A stretch of DNA of 41,801 nt. It comes from Actinomycetota bacterium. Lineage in GTDB: Bacteria; Actinomycetota; Actinomycetes; Actinomycetales; Angustibacteraceae. Below the pieces are notes generated by a model. It was not told where the DNA came from and did no database searches. It saw only the letters and a list, made by a program, of their open reading frames with translations. This document shows positions 34,976 through 41,801 of this stretch, piece by piece; positions within the stretch are counted from its first letter, which is position 1; every line of letters begins with the position of its first letter. The stretch is from positions 1 through 41,801 of the forward strand of contig JBKJTJ010000180.1 of NCBI GenBank assembly GCA_046590855.1, written 5' to 3'. The translations under genes were made by a program, and so were the position numbers.

Positions 34976-37537
34976 GTGCATACGACGGGTGGGCTCACCG
35001 CCGACGCGGCCGCGGCGGAACGGCTGCTGCCGCCCGGCGGCCATCTGGCTGCGCTGGACCGGCTGACCGACCTGGCCTCACGGCTGCTGTCGACGCCCAC
35101 CTCGCCCGTGGCAGTGCAGGTCTCGCTGCTGACCGACGTCCAGACGGTCGCGGCTGGCACGGGTCTGGCGGCGGGTGTGGTCGGCGTCCAGAGCCCCGCG
35201 GCGGACTCGCTGTGCACCGTGACCGTCGCCGAGCGCGGCCCGCTCGTGGTCTCGGACGCCCGCAACGATGCGCGCGTGGCCGCCTTTGCACCGGTCACGT
35301 TCGGCGCGGTCGGCGCCTACGTCGGGGTTCCCCTGGCCATGGACGGGGGGGACGTCGTGGGGGCGCTGTGCGCCTTCGGCCCGGCATCGCGCACCTGGAC
35401 GCCCGAGGACGTCGTCATGCTGGAGGAGCTGGCGGGTGCGGTCGTGGCCCAGCTCGAGCTGCAGGCGCTGACCGGTGAGTTCGCGGCCAGCCGGCTCCGG
35501 TGGGAGATGGCGATCGAGGCGGCCGAGGTCGGCTCGTTCGACGTCGACCTGCCCGGCGGTCGGCTCAGCTGGGACGCGCGGATGCGGTTCCTGTTCGGCT
35601 ACCCGGTCGGGTCCGTCCAGTCCCACGTCGACGAGGGGTTGAGCCGGATCCACCCGCAGGACCGGTCGGCGCTCGACCTGGCCGTCAGAGCCGCGATCGC
35701 CAGCTGCGGGGGATTCCGGGCCGAGTGCCGCGTGCTGCTGCCCGGCGGCGGCCAGCGCTGGCTGTCCGCGCAGGGTCGCGCCGTGGCGGGCCCCGACGGC
35801 ACCGCCGTCCGGCTCCTCGGGGCCGCCCACGACATCACCGAGGTGCACTCGGCGCGCGAGGAGGCAGCCCGGCTGCTCGAGACGATGACGACGGGCTTCA
35901 TCGCCCTGGACCAGGCGTGGCGGATGACCTACGTGAACCGCGCCGCACAACGGGTCATGGGCGTCGCCGCCGCCGATGCCGTCGGCCGCGAGATCTGGGA
36001 GGTGTTCCCGGGTCTGGCGGACACCGACTTCGGCAAGCGATACCGGCACGCCAAGGCGACGGGAGAGACGGTCGAGTTCGACGCCTACTACGACCACCTG
36101 CAGCGCTGGTTCGAGGTGCGGGCGGTCCCGGACGCGGGCGGTCTCGGGCTGTACTTCCAGGACGTCACCGAACGACGCGAGGACCGCGCCCGCGCGAAGG
36201 CGGCAACCGCTCGCCTCGAGCTGCTGTCCCTGGTCAGTGCGGAGCTCGTCGCGGCGGGTCTGGCCGTCGAGGACGCCGTCGCCCGGCTGGCCGAGCTCGT
36301 CGTACCCGGCCTGGCCGACTGGTGCGTTGTCTCGCTCATCGACGACGGGCAGATCCGGGACGTCGGCAGCTGGCACCGTGAGGAGCACCTGCGTCCGGTG
36401 GTCGAGAACTACGTCTCGAACCGGCTCGAAGGTCGGGTGGATCTGGGTGCGGTGCAACGGGCCTGGGAGACCGGTCGGCCCTCCGTGATCGTCACCCGGG
36501 CGACCGCCGTCGTCCTGCCGACCCTCGGGTCCGAGGCGGCGCGGACCAGCCTGTCGCAGCTGGCTCCGGAGTCGGTCGTGGCGGTGCCGATGACCGCGCG
36601 CGGCCAGATCACAGGCATCCTCGCGCTGTGCCGCGGCGCGGACCGCCCGCCGATGTCGGACGACGAGATCACGACCGCGCTCGAGGTGGCCAACCGTGCG
36701 GGGCTGGCTCTGGACAACGCTCGGGCGTACGCCGAGCAGCGCAGCCTGGCCGAGGTGCTGCAGCGCAGCCTGCTCACCACGCCACCCGAGCCCGACCACT
36801 GCCAGATCACCGTGCGCTACGTCCCCGCGGCGCAGGCGGCCTCCGTCGGCGGCGACTGGTTCGACGCGTTCCTGCAGCCCGACGGAGCCACGATCCTGGT
36901 CATCGGCGACGTCATGGGCCACGACACGGTGGCGGCTGCGGCGATGGGGCAGGTGCGCAGCCTGCTGCGCGGGATCGCCTGGCACAGCGGGGCGGCGCCC
37001 GCCGAGGTGCTGTCGGGCCTGGACGCCGCCATGCAGGGCCTGCAGGTGAGCACGACGGCCACGGCTGTCATCGCCCGGCTCGAGCAGAGCCTGGACGAGC
37101 GCGACCGGGGGATCACGCGACTGCGGTGGTCCAACGCCGGCCACCCGCCGCCGATGGCGATCAACGCTGACGGCACCGTCATCGCACTGTCGGGGCTGGG
37201 CCACGACCTGCTGCTTGGCTTCGACCCGCTGACCGAGCGCGCGGAGTCCAGCGTGGTGCTGGACAGGGGGTCGACGGTGCTGCTGTACACCGACGGTCTG
37301 GTCGAGCGGCGTGGCCAGGACCTCGACGAGGGTCTGGCGCTGCTGAGCGAGAACCTTCGCGAGCTGGCCGACCTTCCGCTGGAGGAGCTCTGCGACGCGC
37401 TGCTGCGCCGGATGCTGCCCGCCGAGGCCGAGGACGACGTGGCTCTCGTCGCCGTCCGGTTGCACCGGCAGGACCAGCCGCGCCCCCTCGAGGCAGGCCC
37501 CGAGCGCGTCCCCGCCAACGTCCCTGACGAGCCGTGA
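34976..37537 (+). CDS. GAF-PAS-GAF-PP2C (SpoIIE/RsbU-type) serine phosphatase sensor protein
   Basis: PP2C/SpoIIE motifs 'GGDWFDAF', 'LVIGDVMGHD', 'VLLYTDGLVERRG'. PAS-like 'GFIALDQAWRMTYVNRAAQRVMG'. GAF-like N-terminal and central segments. The start is uncertain: GTG 34976 has an AGGA-rich SD, and the ORF is open from GTG 34919. Confidence 0.85.
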   Translation: MHTTGGLTADAAAAERLLPPGGHLAALDRLTDLASRLLSTPTSPVAVQVSLLTDVQTVAAGTGLAAGVVGVQSPAADSLCTVTVAERGPLVVSDARNDARVAAFAPVTFGAVGAYVGVPLAMDGGDVVGALCAFGPASRTWTPEDVVMLEELAGAVVAQLELQALTGEFAASRLRWEMAIEAAEVGSFDVDLPGGRLSWDARMRFLFGYPVGSVQSHVDEGLSRIHPQDRSALDLAVRAAIASCGGFRAECRVLLPGGGQRWLSAQGRAVAGPDGTAVRLLGAAHDITEVHSAREEAARLLETMTTGFIALDQAWRMTYVNRAAQRVMGVAAADAVGREIWEVFPGLADTDFGKRYRHAKATGETVEFDAYYDHLQRWFEVRAVPDAGGLGLYFQDVTERREDRARAKAATARLELLSLVSAELVAAGLAVEDAVARLAELVVPGLADWCVVSLIDDGQIRDVGSWHREEHLRPVVENYVSNRLEGRVDLGAVQRAWETGRPSVIVTRATAVVLPTLGSEAARTSLSQLAPESVVAVPMTARGQITGILALCRGADRPPMSDDEITTALEVANRAGLALDNARAYAEQRSLAEVLQRSLLTTPPEPDHCQITVRYVPAAQAASVGGDWFDAFLQPDGATILVIGDVMGHDTVAAAAMGQVRSLLRGIAWHSGAAPAEVLSGLDAAMQGLQVSTTATAVIARLEQSLDERDRGITRLRWSNAGHPPPMAINADGTVIALSGLGHDLLLGFDPLTERAESSVVLDRGSTVLLYTDGLVERRGQDLDEGLALLSENLRELADLPLEELCDALLRRMLPAEAEDDVALVAVRLHRQDQPRPLEAGPERVPANVPDEP

Positions 37538-37564
37538 CCGTCCCACCTGTGAAAGGCACCTGAC

Positions 37565-39523
37565 GTGACCGGCCCCGCTACTGACTCGGCGACCGCGACC
37601 CCTGCACCGACCGCTGGGGTGCCCGCGCCCGCGCACGCGCCCCGCGCCGGCAACGCCCTGGTGCTCGCGGCGCTGGGCATCGTGTTCGGCGACATCGGCA
37701 CCAGCCCGCTGTACGCCCTGCGCACCGTGTTCACCATCGACGGCGGCGCCGTGAAGCCGATCCCCGAGGACGTCTACGGCGTCATCTCGCTGATGTTCTG
37801 GTCGATCACCGTGATCGTGTCGATCAAGTACGTCGGCATCCTGATGCGCGCAGACAACGACGGCGAGGGCGGCGTGATGGCGCTCGCCGCACTGGCGCAA
37901 CGGTTGTACGCCGGGCGCACCCAGCGAGCGGGCCTGCTGCTGGTGATCGGCATCGTCGGCCTGGCCCTGTTCTACGGCGACTCGTTGATCACCCCGGCGA
38001 TCAGCGTGCTGTCTGCCGTCGAGGGCCTGAAGGTGGTCGCCCCGGGACTGACCAGCTACGTCGTCCCGATCGCCGCGGTGATCCTGGCCGGCCTGTTCGC
38101 CGCCCAGCGGTTCGGAACCGGCAGGGTCGGTGCCCTGTTCGGGCCTATCACCCTGCTCTGGTTCGTCGCCCTGGCCGTCGTCGGGGTCGTCGAGATCGTC
38201 CAGCACCCCAGCGTCGTGCGCGGGCTCTCGCCGACGTACGCCGTGTCGTTCGTCTTCGCGCACCCCGCCATCACGTTCATCGCGATGGGGGCGGTGGTGC
38301 TGGTGATCACCGGCGCCGAGGCGCTGTACGCCGACATGGGCCACTTCGGCCGCCAGCCGATCCTTCGCGCGTGGTTCTTCATCGTGTTTCCGTCGCTGAC
38401 CCTGAACTACCTGGGCCAGGCGGCGCTGATCCTCAACCACCCCGAGACCGCCGACAACCCGTTCTTCCTGCTGGTGCCGTCCTGGGCCCGGCTGCCGATG
38501 GTCATCCTCGCGACCATGGCCACGGTGATCGCCAGCCAGGCCGTGATCTCCGGCGCGTTCTCGTTGTCGCGCCAGGCCGTACAGCTGGGGCTGCTGCCGC
38601 CGCTGACCGTGCGCCAGACCTCCGAGCACGAGGGTGGCCAGATCTACCTGCCGGGCGTGAACGGGGTGCTGTTCGTCGGCGTGATGGTGCTGATGGTCGC
38701 GTTCCGGTCCTCGGAGAAGCTCGCGACGGCGTACGGGGTGTCCGTGACCGGAGCCCTCGTCGTCGACACGACCCTGATGCTGATCGTGGCCCGCATCCTG
38801 TGGAACTGGCAGCCGTGGAAGCTGGTGCTGGCTGGCGTGGTGTTCGGCGGCGTCGAGCTGACTTTCCTGACGGCGAACCTGAGCAAGGTCCTGCACGGGG
38901 GTTGGTTACCGCTGCTGATCGCGACCGCGGTGTTCGCGCTGATGACGACCTGGCGTCGTGGCCGCCAGATCGTCACCGCGAACCGAGGGGCGAAAGAGGG
39001 TTCGTTGCGCGAGTTCATCGAGGAGATGCGCGCCAACCCCCTGCCGCGCGTCGCTGGCATCGCCGTGTTCCCCCACCCCGGCAAGGACACCGCGCCGCTG
39101 GCGCTGCGGGCCAACACCGACCACAACCACGTGCTGCACGAGCAGGTCGTCATCATCTCGGCCAGCTCGGCGAACGTCCCGCACGTGCCGCTGCACGAGC
39201 GGCTGAGCAAGGACGATCTGGGCTACGACGACGACGGGATCCTGCACCTGTCGGCGCGGTTCGGCTTCTCCGACGACCCCAACCTGCCCCAGGCCCTGCG
39301 CCAGGCGGTGGACGAGGGGATGCTCGAGGCACCGGTCGCCGATCTCGACGTGGCCTCGTACTTCCTGTCCCGCGGTGCGGTGCGGCGGACGTCGCAGCCG
39401 GGCATGGCGCGCTGGCGCAAGTCGCTGTTCATCACGTTGGCGCACAACGCCGCTGACCCCACGGCGTACTTCGGTCTGCCGCGCGACCGCACGGTGACGA
39501 TGGGCAGCGACGTCGACGTCTGA
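37565..39523 (+). CDS. kup: KUP/HAK/KT-family potassium uptake transporter
   Basis: Signature 'GIVFGDIGTSPLYALRTVF'. About 12 hydrophobic segments followed by a soluble C-terminal domain. 652 aa. Confidence 0.93.
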   Translation: MTGPATDSATATPAPTAGVPAPAHAPRAGNALVLAALGIVFGDIGTSPLYALRTVFTIDGGAVKPIPEDVYGVISLMFWSITVIVSIKYVGILMRADNDGEGGVMALAALAQRLYAGRTQRAGLLLVIGIVGLALFYGDSLITPAISVLSAVEGLKVVAPGLTSYVVPIAAVILAGLFAAQRFGTGRVGALFGPITLLWFVALAVVGVVEIVQHPSVVRGLSPTYAVSFVFAHPAITFIAMGAVVLVITGAEALYADMGHFGRQPILRAWFFIVFPSLTLNYLGQAALILNHPETADNPFFLLVPSWARLPMVILATMATVIASQAVISGAFSLSRQAVQLGLLPPLTVRQTSEHEGGQIYLPGVNGVLFVGVMVLMVAFRSSEKLATAYGVSVTGALVVDTTLMLIVARILWNWQPWKLVLAGVVFGGVELTFLTANLSKVLHGGWLPLLIATAVFALMTTWRRGRQIVTANRGAKEGSLREFIEEMRANPLPRVAGIAVFPHPGKDTAPLALRANTDHNHVLHEQVVIISASSANVPHVPLHERLSKDDLGYDDDGILHLSARFGFSDDPNLPQALRQAVDEGMLEAPVADLDVASYFLSRGAVRRTSQPGMARWRKSLFITLAHNAADPTAYFGLPRDRTVTMGSDVDV

Positions 39524-39545
39524 GGCCTGGCCGTACCGTCGTTCC

Positions 39546-40022
39546 ATGTCGGTCGTGAGGATCAGCCACGAGCTGGTCGTCGGGGCAGACGTTCTCGAGC
39601 TCGCCCGCACCCATCGAGCGTGGGCGCTGGAGCACTCGCCTCCTCAGGACGTGCACGCTGTGACCGCCGAGGCGCTGCTGGAGCCGGGCCTGACGCTCCT
39701 GACCGCCCGCGGTGACGATGGTGGGCTGCTGGGCATGGGTGCCCTGCGCGAGCTCGACCTCGAGCACGGCGAGCTGAAGGCGATGCACGTGCGCGAGACG
39801 GCTCGCGGTCGGGGCGTCGGACGAGCCATGGTGCTCGGGCTGGTCGACGCGGCTGAGCAGCGGGGGTACCGACGGCTGAGCCTGGAGACGGGGACCATGG
39901 ACGCGTTCGCCGCCGCCCGCTCGCTGTACGCCGGCATGGGGTTCACGACCTGCGCGCCGTTCGGCGAGTACGTGACGAGCCCCAGCAGCGTCTGCATGAC
40001 CCTGTCGCCCCTGCGCGCCTGA
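39546..40022 (+). CDS. GNAT-family N-acetyltransferase
   Basis: Acetyl-CoA-binding motif 'VRETARGRGVGRAMVLGLVDAAEQRGYRRLSLETG' and 'ARSLYAGMGF'. 158 aa. Confidence 0.85.
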   Translation: MSVVRISHELVVGADVLELARTHRAWALEHSPPQDVHAVTAEALLEPGLTLLTARGDDGGLLGMGALRELDLEHGELKAMHVRETARGRGVGRAMVLGLVDAAEQRGYRRLSLETGTMDAFAAARSLYAGMGFTTCAPFGEYVTSPSSVCMTLSPLRA

Positions 40023-40070
40023 GATTCGTCGCCGCGGGGGTCAGTCGTTGCAGCGCAACGGCTTGCGTCG

Positions 40071-41042
40071 CTAGGCGGTCCGGCGGGGTTCCGCCGGGGG
40101 GCAGAAGGCTCGACGGTACGCCGCCGGGGTCGCGCCGACGATGGGTGTGAAGTGGTGCCGCAGCATGGCCGAGGTGCCGAGGCCGGAGCGCCGGGCGACG
40201 TCCTCGATCGCGAGGTCGGTGTCCTCGAGCAGGCGCCGCGCGAGCAGGACCCGCTGGCCGGTCACCCACTGGTGCGGCGTCGTCCCCGTCTCGGCGCGGA
40301 ACCGTCGGGCGAAGGTGCGCTCGGACATCACCGCCCGCTGCGCGAGCCGGCCGATGCTGAGGTCCTCGACCAGGTGCTCGATCGCGAAGGTGAGCACGGG
40401 CTGCAGGGTGTCGCAGGGGACGAGGGCCACCGGCGCCTCGACGTACTGGCGCTGACCGCCGTCGCGGTGGGGCGGCACGACCATCCGGCGGGCGATCGCC
40501 GAGGCGACGCCCGAGCCCAGCTCGGCGCGCACCAGGTGCAGGGCGGCGTCGATACCTGCCGCGGTGCCGGCGCTGGTCAGCACCTTGTCGTCGGCGACGT
40601 AGAGCATGTCCGTCTCGACGGTGGCGCTCGGCACCGCGGCCGCCAGCTCCTCGACGTGCATCCAGTGCGTGGTGCACCGGCGGCCGTCCAGCACCCCGGC
40701 GGCCGCGAGCGCGAACGCGCCGGTGCACACGCTCATGACCCACGCGCCCCGGTCGACGGCGCGACGCAGCTGGTCCAGCAGCTGCGGCGGGTAGGCGTCG
40801 GTCGTGATCCCCGCGGGAACGGCCACCAGGTCGGCGTCCTCCATCGCGCTGAACGGGTGCTGGGCCACGACGGCGAAACCGGCGCGCGTGGTCATCGGTC
40901 GGCCGGGATGCTCGGCGCAGACGCGGAAGTCCAGGGCCGGCAGCCCCTGGGCCGAGCGGTCGAGCCCGAACACCTCGCACAGCACGCCGAGCTCGAAGGG
41001 TGAGACCCCATCCAGGACGGGGACGGCGACGGTGGCGAGCAC
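40071..41042 (-). CDS. GlxA-family regulator (DJ-1/PfpI domain plus AraC-type HTH), GTG start
   Basis: N-terminus 'VAVPVLDGVSPFELGVLCEVFG...VCTGAFALAAAGVLDGRRCTTHW'. C-terminal AraC HTH 'ERTFARRFRAETGTTPHQWV...IEDVARRSGLGTSAMLRHHF'. Confidence 0.9.
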   Translation of the reverse strand: MLATVAVPVLDGVSPFELGVLCEVFGLDRSAQGLPALDFRVCAEHPGRPMTTRAGFAVVAQHPFSAMEDADLVAVPAGITTDAYPPQLLDQLRRAVDRGAWVMSVCTGAFALAAAGVLDGRRCTTHWMHVEELAAAVPSATVETDMLYVADDKVLTSAGTAAGIDAALHLVRAELGSGVASAIARRMVVPPHRDGGQRQYVEAPVALVPCDTLQPVLTFAIEHLVEDLSIGRLAQRAVMSERTFARRFRAETGTTPHQWVTGQRVLLARRLLEDTDLAIEDVARRSGLGTSAMLRHHFTPIVGATPAAYRRAFCPPAEPRRTA

Positions 41043-41088
41043 CTGGTCATCCTGCCACGCCCATGGCGGTAAGTCGATGAATCATGGC

Positions 41089-41112
41089 GATCCTGCCACT
41101 GTGGCAGGGATC
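41089..41112. promoter_or_regulatory. Near-perfect palindrome (candidate operator) in the divergent glxA / small-ORF control region
   Basis: GATCCTGCCAC-T-GTGGCAGGGATC, with the core CCTGCCAC (41092-41099) paired with GTGGCAGG (41101-41108). The half-site ATCCTGCCAC is repeated at 41049-41058. Confidence 0.4.
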
Positions 41113-41123
41113 TGATCAGGCAC

Positions 41124-41279
41124 ATGATTACTGCCATGGCTGCTCTGGTGCTTCTCCTGATCCTGATCGTCATCGCTGTCGCAGCGCCCCGCTGGGGCGT
41201 CGACAGCCACCGCAGCGGGGAGTGGGGCCCCGGCCCGCTGCGCGACGCCTGGGGCACGCCGGACCATTGCCGGCACTGA
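41124..41279 (+). CDS. Small (51 aa) putative single-pass membrane protein
   Basis: 'MITAMAALVLLLILIVIAVAAPRWGVDSHRSGEWGPGPLRDAWGTPDHCRH': a hydrophobic helix followed by a charged tail, with G/C-rich third positions. It is below the ORF-track length cut-off and no homology could be assessed. Confidence 0.4.
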   Translation: MITAMAALVLLLILIVIAVAAPRWGVDSHRSGEWGPGPLRDAWGTPDHCRH

Positions 41280-41463
41280 CCCCCACCCCTTCCTCCCCTC
41301 ACCCCGGTTTCCTCCCGCCAACAGGTTTCCGAACCGGGTATGTCGGGCATCGGGGCCGGTTGGGGGGAGGGGGGACGGCGGAGGCGGAGGCGGGACGTGG
41401 TCCCCGGAGTGTCTCAGAGGTTGTCCACAGTTCGCCTTTCGGGCCCTGGACCGTTGTCGGTGG

Positions 41464-41479
41464 TCGAATGTATGTTCGA
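41464..41479. promoter_or_regulatory. LexA (SOS) box-like palindrome TCGAATGTATGTTCGA
   Basis: It differs at 1 position from the mycobacterial/actinobacterial consensus TCGAAC-N4-GTTCGA. It ends 4 nt before the ATG of the second DUF222 gene. Confidence 0.5.
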
Positions 41480-41482
41480 TTC

Positions 41483-41801
41483 ATGGACGCGAGGTCGGGT
41501 GCGGTGGGCGGGCAGCAGCACCTGCCCGCCGCCGCTGCCGCGTGGGGTGCGGTCGCCGAGGCCTCAGCGAAGGTCGCCGCGGTCGCGGGGCAGGTGTGGG
41601 AGCTGTCCGACGCCGACCTGGTCACCGTGCTGCGAGCCGAGACCGTGGCGGCGGCCCAGCGTGATGCGGCCCGGTTGGCGGTGATCCGCGAGCTGGACGC
41701 CCGCGGGTTCGTTCGGGCTGGTGGGGCGGTCTCGACGGCAGCCTGGTTGTCCCAGCAGCTGCTGGTCGACGCCCGGGTCGCAGCAGCCGACGTGCGGGCC
41801 G
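41483..41801 (+). CDS. DUF222-family (HNH endonuclease, REP13E12-like) protein, N-terminal part only; the 3' end runs off the window
   Basis: The frame is open from ATG 41483 to the window end: 'MDARSG...WELSDADLVTVLRAETVAAAQRDAARLAVIRELDARGFVRAGGAVSTAAWLSQQLLVDARVAAADVRA'. This is the typical DUF222 N-terminal pattern. It is absent from the ORF track because no stop codon lies within the window. Confidence 0.75.
   Translation, partial: MDARSGAVGGQQHLPAAAAAWGAVAEASAKVAAVAGQVWELSDADLVTVLRAETVAAAQRDAARLAVIRELDARGFVRAGGAVSTAAWLSQQLLVDARVAAADVRA

Noticed and set aside
35078-38896. 1272-aa minus-strand ORF antisense to the PP2C phosphatase and kup
   Set aside because: Both plus-strand genes have strong family signatures ('GGDWFDAF', 'GDIGTSPLYAL'). 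The antisense product is Arg/Gly/Asp/His-rich junk with no start context.
40046-40060. Small hairpin CGTTGC-AGC-GCAACG between convergent GNAT and glxA genes as a bidirectional terminator
   Set aside because: The stem is only 6 bp with a 3-nt loop and no U-tract, which is too weak to report as a feature.

Overview
This is a 41.8-kb, high-G+C, actinobacterium-like chromosomal segment. I recognised no rRNA, tRNA, CRISPR array, transposase or integrase. The gene order from left to right is as follows. (1) Two convergent c-di-GMP genes: a GAF-GGDEF-EAL gene cut at its 5' end by the window edge, and a PAS-PAS-GGDEF gene. (2) A small PPOX/F420-type oxidoreductase. (3) A Tet(M)/OtrA-like ribosomal-protection GTPase. 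(4) Two translationally coupled giant ORFs of about 2236 aa and 1235 aa (5741-16158). Their only recognisable module is an internal OmpA_C-like peptidoglycan-binding segment. (5) A divergent TetR / DHA2-MFS pair with a readable promoter and operator. (6) A decayed cupin gene. (7) A lower-G+C single gene fusing a PLD(HKD) nuclease, an SF2 helicase and DUF3427, which looks defence-like. (8) A secreted hydrolase-like protein. (9) A gene-poor relic region of about 0.9 kb. (10) A DUF222/HNH (REP13E12-like) gene. (11) A repeat-bearing intergenic region. (12) recC-recB-recD with 4-nt start/stop overlaps. (13) A GAF-PAS-GAF-PP2C phosphatase, kup, a GNAT, a GlxA/AraC regulator and a tiny membrane ORF. 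(14) A second DUF222 gene, cut by the window end, preceded by a near-consensus actinobacterial LexA (SOS) box. The best candidate for an undescribed system is the giant two-gene module, possibly together with the upstream translational-GTPase-like gene. The second candidate is the PLD-helicase-DUF3427 gene. All family assignments come from motifs read by eye in the supplied translations; no database search was possible.
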